Assembly: GCF_000446015.1 (NCBI RefSeq)
Contig: NC_022093.1
Coordinates: 300,001 to 332,000, forward strand
Origin: Thermofilum adornatum
Lineage (GTDB): Archaea > Thermoproteota > Thermoprotei > Thermofilales > Thermofilaceae
Direction: 5' to 3'
Length of the DNA stretch: 32,000 nt
The translations under genes were made by a program, and so were the position numbers. Below the pieces are notes generated by a model that was not told the origin of the DNA, did no database searches, and saw only the letters and a program-made list of their open reading frames with translations. Below, one piece after another: positions 8,374 through 17,668 of the stretch. Position 1 is the stretch's first letter; each line of letters opens with the position of its first letter.

Positions 8374-9011
8374 ACGTTGTATAGTTTTCTGAGCCTCTCT
8401 ATGACTACAGGGACTACTTTATCTGCTTGCTCGTTGGCGTCTATCTCGACTAGTCTTCCACGCTCCTTATAGAACAAGATTATTGGTGTAAATTGCTCCC
8501 TGTAGATTTTTAGACGCTCCATTATGACTTCTGGGGTATCGTCTTTGCGTTGGATGAGTGGAGTTCCACACTTGTCGCATATCCCTGGAACCTTTGGCGG
8601 CATGTACTTTATGTGGTAAATAGCGCCACATTTTGGGCATACCCTTCTCCCGCCCAGCCTTTCTAGTATAGTTTCGTCCCTGGCCTGGAAAAGGAAAGCC
8701 CACTCCGGACTGGCAAACTGTTCAAGGGCTTCTGCTTGCTGAAGTGTTCTCGGGAACCCGTCAAGGATAAAGCCCTTCCTACAGTCGTCCATAGAGAGGC
8801 GTTGCTTTACAACCTCGATCACTATGTCGTCTGGGACGAGTAGACCCTTGTCTAGAAATTCTTTTACCCTTTTTCCGAGCTCAGACCCTTTCTTTATTTC
8901 TTCTCTGAAGATGTCGCCAGTAGAAATATGGGGTATCCCGAATTTTTCTGAGACAGCTTTTGCATATGTGCCTTTACCCACGCCGGGAGGACCAATGAAG
9001 ACCAGTTTCAT
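8370..9011 (-). CDS. adk: Adenylate kinase, long (bacterial/eukaryal-type) form with Cys4 zinc lid
   Basis: It has the P-loop MKLVFIGPPGVGKGTYAK and the AMP-binding segment GFILDGFPRT. The lid reads CPKCGAIYH...CDKCGTPLIQRKDD. Its stop overlaps the convergent upstream gene by 4 nt. Confidence 0.92.
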   Translation of the reverse strand: MKLVFIGPPGVGKGTYAKAVSEKFGIPHISTGDIFREEIKKGSELGKRVKEFLDKGLLVPDDIVIEVVKQRLSMDDCRKGFILDGFPRTLQQAEALEQFASPEWAFLFQARDETILERLGGRRVCPKCGAIYHIKYMPPKVPGICDKCGTPLIQRKDDTPEVIMERLKIYREQFTPIILFYKERGRLVEIDANEQADKVVPVVIERLRKLYNV

Positions 9012-9146
9012 ACCTGTTTTGCGAGTTGACCATGTTCTTTAACTTTTCTATATACAAGTGTGATATAACATGTCAGCTGTAGGCTTTCCTTTGTGTAAAA
9101 CATGGAAAGACAAATATGTTTTTTGCATTTTACTTTCTTGAACAAA

Positions 9147-10592
9147 ATGACCTGGAACTTTGAAGACCTAGTTGTAAAAGCTGTTTCTCACGGCGAAAAG
9201 CTAGGCGCAACCTACGTCGAGGCGCGTTACCACTCTATTTCGAGGAGTGGGCTCTCGGCCCGCAACGGGGAGATTATAGGGGCAGAGAAGTCTTTTTCCC
9301 AGGGAATAGCTGTAAGAGTAATTGTTGATGGCTCGCTGGGTTTTGCTTCTACGAGCTCACTTACACAGGAAGACGTCTTGGCAACAGTAGAAAAAGCATA
9401 CAAGAAGGCGAAGTCTCATTCAAAGCTACAGAAGAAGCCAATCGTGTTTAGCGAGGAAAGGCTTGGAAGAGTCACATACGAGGCGACTGCCAAGGTTAAA
9501 CCTGAAGACGTCGACTTCCAGGAGAAAAGCAACTATCACAAGGAACTCTGGAAAAATGTAAGCACAGCTATCAGCCAGGCCAAAGTCGCAACCATGACGT
9601 CTTTTTACGGTGAAAGCCTCGAAGAAAAAATAATCGTTAACACAGATGGGGCATACATAAAGAGCAGGATACCCAGGCTCTCCCTAGGATACAACGTCGT
9701 AGTGTCCTTGCCGAGCAAGGGCGTGATACAGAGATTCTTCTCGCATGCAGCCTCCGGTGGATATGAACTTATAAATCAGTGGAATGTACACGGCTATCTG
9801 CCAGAAGACGTTAAAACATTTGAAAAAATACTGCTAGAGGCAACTAAGCCACCAGTAGACACGCCTGTCGACGTCGTTGTTGGAAGCGAGATAGTTGGGC
9901 TAATGGTACACGAGAGCTGTGGACACCCCAGCGAGGCAGACAGGATACTTGGCAGAGAAGCTGCACAGGCTGGAAAAAGCTTCATAAAGCCTAACATGCT
10001 GGGCGAAAGGATCGGAAGCGAATATGCAACAGTAATTGATGACCCAACTATTCCCGGGAGCAACGGCTTCTACCTCTACGACGACGAGGGGGTTCCAGCT
10101 AGGCCAAGGTACCTCTGCAAGAACGGCATCATCAACGAGTTCCTGCACAATAGGTGGACGGCCTCCATCTTCAATACACACAGCAATGCGGCGGCAAGAG
10201 CTATGAGCCACGAGGGAGAACCGATTGTTAGAATGGCTAACACCTACTTTGCCCCCGGCGACCACACGTTTGAAGAACTAATCGAGGACATTAAGTTCGG
10301 GGTGTACATCAAGAGCTATATGGAGTGGAACATCGACGACGAGCGGTGGAGCCAGCGGTACGGTGGGCTGGAGGCATACCTAATCGAGAACGGAGAGCTA
10401 AAGGGGCTCGTCAGGAACCCCGTGCTCGAACTAACAACAAAGACATTTTACTCGAACGTGGACGCCGCAGACAAAAACCTAGCCTTCTATGCGGGGACAT
10501 GCGGCAAAGGAGAGCCAATGCAGGGTGTACCTGTCTGGTTTGGTGGCCCAAATGTTCGTGTAAGAAACATTAAGTTGAGGGTGATAGGATGA
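9147..10592 (+). CDS. tldD: TldD-family metalloprotease
   Basis: The protein carries the metal site HESCGH (HExxxH) and conserved C-terminal blocks (NTYFAPGD, GLEAYLIENGEL, CGKGEPMQ). I moved the start from the track's 9102 to ATG 9147 (MTWNFEDL...) because the 15-aa extension is hydrophobic and atypical. Confidence 0.88.
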   Translation: MTWNFEDLVVKAVSHGEKLGATYVEARYHSISRSGLSARNGEIIGAEKSFSQGIAVRVIVDGSLGFASTSSLTQEDVLATVEKAYKKAKSHSKLQKKPIVFSEERLGRVTYEATAKVKPEDVDFQEKSNYHKELWKNVSTAISQAKVATMTSFYGESLEEKIIVNTDGAYIKSRIPRLSLGYNVVVSLPSKGVIQRFFSHAASGGYELINQWNVHGYLPEDVKTFEKILLEATKPPVDTPVDVVVGSEIVGLMVHESCGHPSEADRILGREAAQAGKSFIKPNMLGERIGSEYATVIDDPTIPGSNGFYLYDDEGVPARPRYLCKNGIINEFLHNRWTASIFNTHSNAAARAMSHEGEPIVRMANTYFAPGDHTFEELIEDIKFGVYIKSYMEWNIDDERWSQRYGGLEAYLIENGELKGLVRNPVLELTTKTFYSNVDAADKNLAFYAGTCGKGEPMQGVPVWFGGPNVRVRNIKLRVIG

Positions 10593-11929
10593 GCAGGGAA
10601 ATGTTGATAGAGATTGGAGAAAAGATAAAGCAACATGCATTGAAGGCTGGCTTCGAAGAAGTAGCCGTAATGACGTATAGCCGAGAAAGCGTAATGGTAA
10701 AGTTTGCAAACGGGGAGCCAAGCGTTGTCCAGAACTGGACAGACCGTGTAGCTGGAGTATACCTTGTCAAGGGCCAGAGGATACTGGGAACAGACATCCC
10801 TATACACAACCTCGACCAGGTCTACAAGACCATAGACTCGCTGTTGACTATGCATGAAAAAATCCCGCCCTCGATGCTCTACGCTCCGTTGCCTAGCCCA
10901 GAAAAGCATGAACCACTACCAGGACTAGTAGACCAGAAGCTATTGAAGGCAATAGAAGACCCGTCGCCCGTCTCAGAGGCCATTGTCGAGTCTGCCAACA
11001 GGTACAAGATCGACACCTTCGCCGGCATGGTACAACTCACGTATGAACAAAAATGCCTAGTAAACAGTAAAGACGCACAACTCGTAGAGGACTCTACATA
11101 CCTAAAGGTCTACCTAAGGTCTTTTGCCGGAGATGGTTCTGGACAGTGGAGCCTTGGCTCAAGGCGCCTAGACATGAAGAAGATAGAAGAAGTCGCCGAG
11201 ACCGCTTCCAGATTTGCATATGAGTCTAGGAGGCAGGAAGAATACCCACCCGGCAAAACAAACATCCTGCTTTCACCAATGGTTGCCGGGAACTTCTTTA
11301 ACTATATCGCCGACATGGCTACAGCTTCTTCCATAATGATGGGCTTCTCGATATTCATGAACAAGAAGCCCGGCGAAAGAGTGGCCACAGAAAAACTGAC
11401 GCTGTTAGACGACCCAAGGAACCCTGAACTGCCAGGCTCCACCTCGTTTGACGACGAGGGCCTGAGAACCTACAGCAAACCCATAATCGAGAAAGGCGTA
11501 TTGAGCAATATACTCCACAACACGAAGACAGCGTCCAAGATGGGTGGCAAATCTACCGGAAACGCCGGCATGATATTCCCACGTGTATGGAACATAAATA
11601 TACATCCAGGAGACCACAGCTTCGAAGAGCTACTCGCAGAGATGAAGGAGGGACTCGTAGTCACGAACAACTGGTACACCAGGCTACAGAACTACATAGA
11701 GGGAACATTCAGCACCATACTCAGGGACGCCATACTCATAGTCAAAAACGGCGAAATAGTTGGAGCCGCTAAAAAGCTTAGGATAGCGGACAGTTTCCCA
11801 AGAATACTACAAAACATAGTTGCACTTGGAAAAGAAACATATGACATGTACTGGTGGGAAGTAGAGACCCCCACTAGGACACCATACATCCTAGTAAAGG
11901 AGGTCGGCACCTCTAAACACACAGCCTAA
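10589..11929 (+). CDS. pmbA: PmbA/TldE-family protein (TldD partner)
   Basis: It has an ATGA start/stop overlap with tldD. It belongs to the same fold family but lacks the HExxxH site. Conserved C-terminal blocks are FDDEG, NTYIHPG-like INIHPGD and GTFSTILRDAILIVKNGE. Confidence 0.85.
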   Translation: MSREMLIEIGEKIKQHALKAGFEEVAVMTYSRESVMVKFANGEPSVVQNWTDRVAGVYLVKGQRILGTDIPIHNLDQVYKTIDSLLTMHEKIPPSMLYAPLPSPEKHEPLPGLVDQKLLKAIEDPSPVSEAIVESANRYKIDTFAGMVQLTYEQKCLVNSKDAQLVEDSTYLKVYLRSFAGDGSGQWSLGSRRLDMKKIEEVAETASRFAYESRRQEEYPPGKTNILLSPMVAGNFFNYIADMATASSIMMGFSIFMNKKPGERVATEKLTLLDDPRNPELPGSTSFDDEGLRTYSKPIIEKGVLSNILHNTKTASKMGGKSTGNAGMIFPRVWNINIHPGDHSFEELLAEMKEGLVVTNNWYTRLQNYIEGTFSTILRDAILIVKNGEIVGAAKKLRIADSFPRILQNIVALGKETYDMYWWEVETPTRTPYILVKEVGTSKHTA

Positions 11930-13018
11930 TTATAAACTACTTTTTCTCTCTTTTTCTTCACGAAGAAAAAATATTACGATAAAAACTAGCAAGGCGGCTA
12001 CAAAGGCCATTATTATGATTAGGTATGGACGCCAAGCCGGTGGAATAAACACTTCTTGTCTCCTAGTAGCGGTTGCCCGGTCAAGCATGCTGTCCCCCGA
12101 GTAGAGCTCAACCTCCACTGGGGCGTTTCTCACATCCGGAAACACCAGTTCCTGTTTCTCGTTTACATAGAGGTATACCTTCCTGGCCTGGTCTGGGGTC
12201 GTAAGAGCCCTAACGTAAACATAGCCACTCGTTGTGCCAACGTTCTGTACCACTACATGCAGACCGTCGCCGAGAACCTCTGCAGAAACTATTTTTGCTT
12301 TAACCTCCGGCGGCTCGCCCACCTTTACAAGACCCGGTATAACTAGCTGAAACACATAGAAGTCTGGCGCCTCTTGCTCGTTATGGTTTACCCACACGAG
12401 CCTTCCCTGGGTTTCCTGCGGACCATGCGCGTAGGGAGGCTCCCATCTATAGCCCTGCAAGACTGTCCCGTTGAAATAGACCTCCAGGACGTCCAGCCAG
12501 CTACGCGGGTCGGTGCTCGTAAAACTGTCCCTTACCTTAACTTCAAAAAGTGAACCATTGAGTTGCCTCACGTAGTTGCTCGTGTTTAGCCATATCTTTA
12601 CGGAGATAATATAGGCTCCTGGGAACTCCTGCATTCTTCCCGTGCCCGTAACGTCACATAGCACCGTCTCTCCATACCTCTTCTCAAGCGACTTTAATAC
12701 CTGGTACTTGAGAAGCTTTGGATTGTCGCTAAACAGTAGTAGCGAATAGCTTATCATCCGAGCAATAGACTGATTCATGTCTCTTGCCACATCCGGATCG
12801 TTGAGAAGGCTTTTCCCGTCTACCGTGAATGGATGAAGCTTCTGGTCTACGGTCACGGTTCCGTCAGAGTTAAAAGTTAGACGGAAGTTGAGCCCTATCC
12901 AGTACCGTGGCTGGGCCCGGATATTGATGGCCTGCAACGTCAGGCTCAAAATGAAGACTGTTGCCAGTATTGCCCCGAGCTTCCTCACATTATTCACCTC
13001 TAAAGTGGTACTCCACAT
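11930..13018 (-). CDS. Extracellular protein with N-terminal signal/anchor and C-terminal TM anchor, function unknown
   Basis: The N-terminus has a hydrophobic signal (RKLGAILATVFILSLTLQAINIRA). The C-terminus has a TM helix plus basic tail (YLIIIMAFVAALLVFIVIFFLREEKERK). There are several N-x-S/T sequons. The track start at 13144 would overlap the upstream gene by 155 nt. ATG 13018 is plausible, and so is GTG 12988, which lies 1 nt after the upstream stop and is preceded by GAGGTGA. Confidence 0.6.
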   Translation of the reverse strand: MWSTTLEVNNVRKLGAILATVFILSLTLQAINIRAQPRYWIGLNFRLTFNSDGTVTVDQKLHPFTVDGKSLLNDPDVARDMNQSIARMISYSLLLFSDNPKLLKYQVLKSLEKRYGETVLCDVTGTGRMQEFPGAYIISVKIWLNTSNYVRQLNGSLFEVKVRDSFTSTDPRSWLDVLEVYFNGTVLQGYRWEPPYAHGPQETQGRLVWVNHNEQEAPDFYVFQLVIPGLVKVGEPPEVKAKIVSAEVLGDGLHVVVQNVGTTSGYVYVRALTTPDQARKVYLYVNEKQELVFPDVRNAPVEVELYSGDSMLDRATATRRQEVFIPPAWRPYLIIIMAFVAALLVFIVIFFLREEKERKSSL

Positions 13019-13973
13019 ATTCGAGTGTAAGGTAGCTTGGTATCGCCGTGCTAGACAGAGAAGACCCATAGTACTTGGTTTCCTCGACACCAAACAGTAT
13101 GTGCCTCGCACTGTATATCCCGACGTTTGGTACGAGGCCGTCAAGCATGTCGACGTCTATCCATCCATAGGGGTCGACGTATACTTGTGGCCACATATGG
13201 CCTCCCCAGTGGAGGAGAAGATTTTCCCCCTCAGTTTCTATTGTGGAGAAGTTTAGCCACATGTCCTGGTTGTATTTTTCCAATATGATGCCGAACGCTG
13301 TCCTCGAGGGTATCCCGAGAATCCTTGCTAGGGTTACGTAGACATCAGCAACCTCCACACAGTCTCCTGTTATAGCGTAGCCCATCCATGTACGCGTTAA
13401 TGCGTGGTCGCTACCAGCCCTTCCCATATATACTTGGTAGTTCACTCTCTGGACTACCCATTTTGCCAGTTTTGTGACTGTCTCGAGGGGGGTATTTGCT
13501 GAGGCAACCTCTCTTGCTATCTCAATCAAGGTTAGGTTATATATGTCCCAGTAGCCAGAGGTAGTAGTGTATTTCTTGACGAGGCCGAAGGGGGGCCAAG
13601 CGCCTTTATGTGCAGACTCGTCTACTTGATAGCTGTAAACTGTAACCCTGTATGTGACATTTATCCAGTATTTCCTGCCAGGAACCGCCTCTACGAATAC
13701 AACCGCATACGTATTTCCATCCTCGTCTACCACGTACCTGATAGGAGCGGGATTCATTGATACAACGAAGCTCTGTTGGTAGGACGTGTTTTGAGGCACG
13801 GAAACGTAGACATAGTCGCGAATAGTCGTATTATAGTCGTTTTTTAGTAGGAAGCCTCCAGTAATGGTATAGGTAACACGTCCCGTGATTATAACGCCCC
13901 TAGTTTCCTCATGCGTGACTGTGATGAAGCTTGACAATAGGATTAGAAGCAAAATGGATAATGCTTTCTTCAA
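12990..13973 (-). CDS. Secreted transglutaminase-like (papain-fold Cys-His-Asp) protein
   Basis: TTG start with signal peptide MKKALSILLLILLSSFITV. The transglutaminase-core signature is present: GDCVEVADVYVTLARILGIPSR, then HMWPQVYV and GWIDVD. There are multiple N-glycosylation sequons. Confidence 0.72.
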   Translation of the reverse strand: MKKALSILLLILLSSFITVTHEETRGVIITGRVTYTITGGFLLKNDYNTTIRDYVYVSVPQNTSYQQSFVVSMNPAPIRYVVDEDGNTYAVVFVEAVPGRKYWINVTYRVTVYSYQVDESAHKGAWPPFGLVKKYTTTSGYWDIYNLTLIEIAREVASANTPLETVTKLAKWVVQRVNYQVYMGRAGSDHALTRTWMGYAITGDCVEVADVYVTLARILGIPSRTAFGIILEKYNQDMWLNFSTIETEGENLLLHWGGHMWPQVYVDPYGWIDVDMLDGLVPNVGIYSARHILFGVEETKYYGSSLSSTAIPSYLTLEYVEYHFRGE

Positions 13974-14035
13974 TTTGTATCACTATTTCATGGAGAATTT
14001 TAGGTGTTAAAAAGTGTTTTGCTTCCCTGGACAAA

Positions 14036-14962
14036 TTATTTACATGGAAGTATCCTAGTTCCAAACCTTAAATCTACGGCGTCGAGGATCTTGTCTAGAT
14101 GCGAGATCACAGACACTTTCCCAGTCTTCTGTGTGTAGAGGGCTGCTGCTTCAACTTTTGGCCCCATGCTCCCCCTAGGGAACATGCCGTTTCCAACCAT
14201 TTGGAGAGCTTCTCCTGCACAAAGCTCCGGGAGCACCCGCTGCGTCGGCTTTCCATAGTCGAGGTACACCCCGTCGACGTCAGTTAGGATCACGAACCTG
14301 GAGGCGTTAAGCTCGGAGGCGAGGAGTGAGGAAGCTAAGTCTTTGTCTATAACGGCGTCTACTCCCTCATAGCCCTCTCCACGCTTTATAACAGGTATGC
14401 CGCCGCCCCCCACGGCGACTACTATGTCAGAGTTTCCTATAAGCCTCCTTATAACGTTTAGTTCGAGTATTCTCCGCGGCAACGGCGAGGGGACAACCCT
14501 TCTCCATCCTTTGCCTGGTACATGTACAAGATCCCATCCCTTCTTTTTCAGTTCCTCGAGCCTGTCTTCTGGATAAAATGGGCCTATAGGCTTGGAGGGA
14601 GACCTAAACGCTGGGTCGTTTGGGTCAACTTCTACACGTGTAGTTACAACGGCCACGTCTAGGCTTGGATCAGCAGTCGAAATGGCCTGTTGTATCATGT
14701 AGCCTATGAGGCTCTGGGTCATCGCTCCACATGCATGTAGTGGCATGGGCGGCACGTCCTTTGTTGTCTCCTGCTGGAGGTACAAGTTCCCAACTTGGGG
14801 GCCATTTCCATGTGTTATTATAAGGCTATACTTCTCGGCCAACTGGACAATGTAGGTAGCTATCTTAGAGAGGTTGGAGAGCTGCTCCTCGAAAGTGCCT
14901 CTCTGTCCTGCCCTTATTAGTGCGTTACCTCCTAGGGCAATTACGACTAGTTCTTTGCTCAC
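14036..14962 (-). CDS. arcC: Carbamate kinase
   Basis: 308 aa with a GTG start. Blocks VVIALGGNAL, ITHGNGPQVG and VAVGGGGIPV are colinear with carbamate kinases of the amino-acid kinase family. Confidence 0.9.
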   Translation of the reverse strand: MSKELVVIALGGNALIRAGQRGTFEEQLSNLSKIATYIVQLAEKYSLIITHGNGPQVGNLYLQQETTKDVPPMPLHACGAMTQSLIGYMIQQAISTADPSLDVAVVTTRVEVDPNDPAFRSPSKPIGPFYPEDRLEELKKKGWDLVHVPGKGWRRVVPSPLPRRILELNVIRRLIGNSDIVVAVGGGGIPVIKRGEGYEGVDAVIDKDLASSLLASELNASRFVILTDVDGVYLDYGKPTQRVLPELCAGEALQMVGNGMFPRGSMGPKVEAAALYTQKTGKVSVISHLDKILDAVDLRFGTRILPCK

Positions 14963-15089
14963 ATGAATATATGCGGGAAGTTTTTAAAAATATTTAGCAG
15001 AAAATTTATGAAGAAAAATAATTTGGGAAAATAGGATATACAATAATTAATACCAGGCAAAAAATGGGGAACTATATAATATAGGAAAA

Positions 15090-15386
15090 CTATTCAAAAC
15101 TTTTCACAGTCTTGTCTATCTCGTTCTCTATCTTCTTGTATAGTTCTAGAAGCTCTCTGCCTTCCTTTGTTAGCCTAGCCCAGCCCTTTGTGGCCCCACC
15201 TCTATGGAGCTCTACGAGTCTAATTCCAAGGCTGTCCTCGAGCTTTTTCAAGTATGACCATGCAAAGCTGTATGAATATCCAAGTTTTTGGGCTGCGGCT
15301 TGCAACGAGCCCGCCTCATCTATTGCTAATAGAAGGTCTACGCCACCTTTGCCCAGAACTGGTTTACCGTTTTTTGTAAACCACAC
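15090..15386 (-). CDS. ModE N-terminal-domain-like HTH regulator (no molbindin domain)
   Basis: 98 aa with a GTG start. LLLAIDEAGSLQAAAQKLGYSYSFAW...ELHRGGATKGWARLT aligns with the E. coli ModE N-terminus as I recall it (LLKHIALSGSISQGAKDAGISYKSAW...ERATGGKGGGGAVLT). The protein ends before any Mop domain. Confidence 0.72.
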   Translation of the reverse strand: MWFTKNGKPVLGKGGVDLLLAIDEAGSLQAAAQKLGYSYSFAWSYLKKLEDSLGIRLVELHRGGATKGWARLTKEGRELLELYKKIENEIDKTVKSFE

Positions 15387-15427
15387 TTTGTAGTTTACTT
15401 CTATCCCGAAGTCTTTTAGTGTCGTGC

Positions 15428-15700
15428 CTACCCACCAGCTATTGGAGGGAAGACCGCAATTGTGTCTCCATCCTTTAGTTCCTGTGTTGTTACAAACTGT
15501 ATGTGCCGGCCATTGATAAGGATTATACGGTCTTTTCTGTAGGAGCCGTCCTCGAATATCTCATTGTAGAATTCTTTTCCCAGCTTCTCAGAAGCCTTAA
15601 CAACTGCATCCTTCAGTGTCCCGTCGCATTCAACCTCAATTTCTTTTGTATTGTATGTTTCTCTCAGGGTTGCAAACAGTAGAAATTTTACCTTTACCAT
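15428..15700 (-). CDS. MoaD/ThiS-family ubiquitin-fold sulfur-carrier protein
   Basis: 90 aa with a beta-grasp pattern and the diagnostic C-terminus FPPIAGG, ending in Gly-Gly. Confidence 0.8.
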   Translation of the reverse strand: MVKVKFLLFATLRETYNTKEIEVECDGTLKDAVVKASEKLGKEFYNEIFEDGSYRKDRIILINGRHIQFVTTQELKDGDTIAVFPPIAGG

Positions 15701-15753
15701 TTTCCCCTCTTTCTATCTAAAAAAAAGGAATAAAAAGTTTTACCCCGAAGGAC

Positions 15754-15776
15754 TAAAAGAAAAAAAGAAAAATAAT
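15754..15776 (-). terminator. Oligo-T tracts downstream of aor
   Basis: The minus strand reads AAAATTATTTTTCTTTTTTTCTTTTAG immediately after the aor TAA stop. The T5 and T7 runs are typical archaeal terminators. The MoaD-like gene 80 nt further on may have its own start signals. Confidence 0.35.
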
Positions 15777-15779
15777 TTT

Positions 15780-17630
15780 TTAGAGCTCTATGCCTAGCTC
15801 TTTGAGCTTCTCCTTTGTTGGAACTCCGTCGACCCAGCCTCTCAGCTTGTAGTACTCCGCGAGCATCTTGTCGAGCTCTACCACTTGGCCTTTGACGGGT
15901 CCCTCGGGCATTGGCTCCTTTGTTAGTCTTGGAGGCAAGGTGTCGTCTTTGGCGCTAAAGCCGTAGAGGGACATTATGTATCTTTCTAGGTTATAGATCC
16001 TTTCACCTATCTTCAACACATCGCTGTCAGTGAAGTTAAAGCCTGCAATGGTGTTGAAGAGGTCTGCATAGTCTTTGGCCCCTATCTCGAAGGTTGTGAA
16101 GAGACAGTTTACAGCTGAGTTGACGACGCTTGTAAGGTCCTGGAAGATTTTGACCCACTGGGCTTTTCCTTCAGGTGTCAATGGGTCGATCTTCTGCGGT
16201 AGTCCAAGTATCTCGGGAGAGATTGTGTAGCCTGTTACGTGGCATCCTCCCCTGTTAGCGGTTGCATAGTTTAGCCCTATGCCTTTCGAGCCTCTTGGGT
16301 CGTAGGCTGGCATTTCGAGGCCCTTTACGCTCATTGATAATTCTGGTGCACCGTACATTTCTGCTAGCCTCTTGCTTCCCAGGGCGAGTTTTGCGCCGAA
16401 GCCTGCCTTGTAGGCCGTGCGCCAAACAGCTTCAACAACTGCCGCGGCGTTTCCAAACTTCATGTCCATGCCTTGCAGGTCTTCCTCTGGTATGTAACCC
16501 TTCTCGTACAGCTCCATCGCAGTTGCAATGGTGCTACCCATAGTGATTGTGTCGAGACCTAGCTCGTCGCAGAGGTGGTTTGCCTTGATGACTGCGGCTA
16601 GATCCATTACTCCTGTATCATTGCCTAGCGCCCAGATGGACTCGTATTCTGGTCCCTCGCTGTACATTATCTGGTACGGTCCAAATGGAACCTTCACGAC
16701 TCTCCCGCACCCTATCTGGCAGCCCCAGCATGGCCTCCTCTTTATTAGGTATGTCTTTTCAAGTGTCTCTCCGCTTATCTTGTCGGCTTCTGGGTTGTAG
16801 CCGAATTGCCAGTTCTTGTAGGGGAGCATCCCCGCCTGGTTGATAATGTTTACTAGTACGGCTGTACCGTATTTTGGCAGTCCTCCTCCGGTAACTGGGT
16901 TCTTCCTGATCCTCTCTATTAGGTTCTTTGAGAGTTCGCGGAACCCTTCTGGATTAGCGATTTGTGGTTTTTGGTTTCCTGAGACGACTATTGCTTTTAA
17001 CTTCTTGCTTCCCATTATTGCGCCTACTCCTGTCCTGCCAGCTGCCCTGTGCTCGTCGTTCATGATGTTCGCAAAGAGAACGAGGTTTTCGCCTGCGGGC
17101 CCGATACATGCAACGCTGACGTTTTCGCCTTTGACCCTGCTCTTCAGTATACGTGTAGTGTCGAAAACGTTTCTGCCCCAGAGGTCAGAAGCGTCTTTTA
17201 TCTCTACGTGTCCATTGACTATTTCTAGATAGACTGGTTTCTCTGCGGCGCCCTCGATAAAGATCATGTCGTAGCCTGCAAACTTCATGTATGCGCCGAA
17301 TTCTCCTCCAGAGTTTGCACTAGCAATAGAGCCTGTGAGTGGAGACTTGAGAGCCATCACGTGGTGTCTGCCTGGAGATGGGACTCCGGCTATGCCCGTT
17401 ATTGGTCCCGTTGTAAAGGCTAGAACGTTTTCTGGTCCTAGCGGGTCAATGTCCTTTGGAGAGATGCCCTTAGCCATGTACTCCTTGAGATATCTGTGAT
17501 AGAATACGTATAGGGCGTAGCCCTTGCCGCCAATGTATTTTTCTGCTACTTGTGGGTCAATTGGTTCCTCTTTAATGGTATTGTCAGAAAGGTTTACCGT
17601 TAAAATCCTGTTTACGTAGCCGGCTTTCAT
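15780..17630 (-). CDS. aor: Aldehyde:ferredoxin oxidoreductase (tungstopterin, [4Fe-4S])
   Basis: 616 aa, colinear with Pyrococcus-type AOR. Matching blocks are the N-terminus MKAGYVNRILTVNLS, GGKGYALY, and the cluster cysteines in RRPCWGCQIGCGR and NCLFT. C-terminal conservation includes LPPR and DGVP. Confidence 0.93.
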   Translation of the reverse strand: MKAGYVNRILTVNLSDNTIKEEPIDPQVAEKYIGGKGYALYVFYHRYLKEYMAKGISPKDIDPLGPENVLAFTTGPITGIAGVPSPGRHHVMALKSPLTGSIASANSGGEFGAYMKFAGYDMIFIEGAAEKPVYLEIVNGHVEIKDASDLWGRNVFDTTRILKSRVKGENVSVACIGPAGENLVLFANIMNDEHRAAGRTGVGAIMGSKKLKAIVVSGNQKPQIANPEGFRELSKNLIERIRKNPVTGGGLPKYGTAVLVNIINQAGMLPYKNWQFGYNPEADKISGETLEKTYLIKRRPCWGCQIGCGRVVKVPFGPYQIMYSEGPEYESIWALGNDTGVMDLAAVIKANHLCDELGLDTITMGSTIATAMELYEKGYIPEEDLQGMDMKFGNAAAVVEAVWRTAYKAGFGAKLALGSKRLAEMYGAPELSMSVKGLEMPAYDPRGSKGIGLNYATANRGGCHVTGYTISPEILGLPQKIDPLTPEGKAQWVKIFQDLTSVVNSAVNCLFTTFEIGAKDYADLFNTIAGFNFTDSDVLKIGERIYNLERYIMSLYGFSAKDDTLPPRLTKEPMPEGPVKGQVVELDKMLAEYYKLRGWVDGVPTKEKLKELGIEL

Positions 17631-17660
17631 TTTTGGTCAAGTATTATTTTTTTCTTAGAA

Positions 17661-17668
17661 ATATTTAT
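17661..17668 (-). promoter_or_regulatory. TATA box (TATAAATA on minus strand) for aor
   Basis: It lies about 31 nt upstream of the aor ATG (17630), within a 116-bp A/T-rich divergent intergenic region. Confidence 0.4.

Noticed and set aside
13019-13144. A 42-codon N-terminal extension of the 11930 ORF (MTASYQTSGY...).
   Set aside because: It overlaps the 3' end of the transglutaminase-like CDS, and the signal peptide begins only after the internal start. ATG 13018 or GTG 12988 is more plausible.
16262-17499. Plus-strand ORFs (70-130 aa) antisense to aor. Similar antisense or alternate-frame ORFs occur inside the GT2 gene (1645-2079, 2425-2637), ogt (3025-3387), moxR (5817-6470), tldD/pmbA (9794-11922), Clp1 (20654-21724), fbp (22385-22751), PAC2 (25946-26417) and IMPase (27635-28124).
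   Set aside because: Each is nested in a CDS with strong family motifs. None has recognisable motifs, and all show shadow-frame composition.
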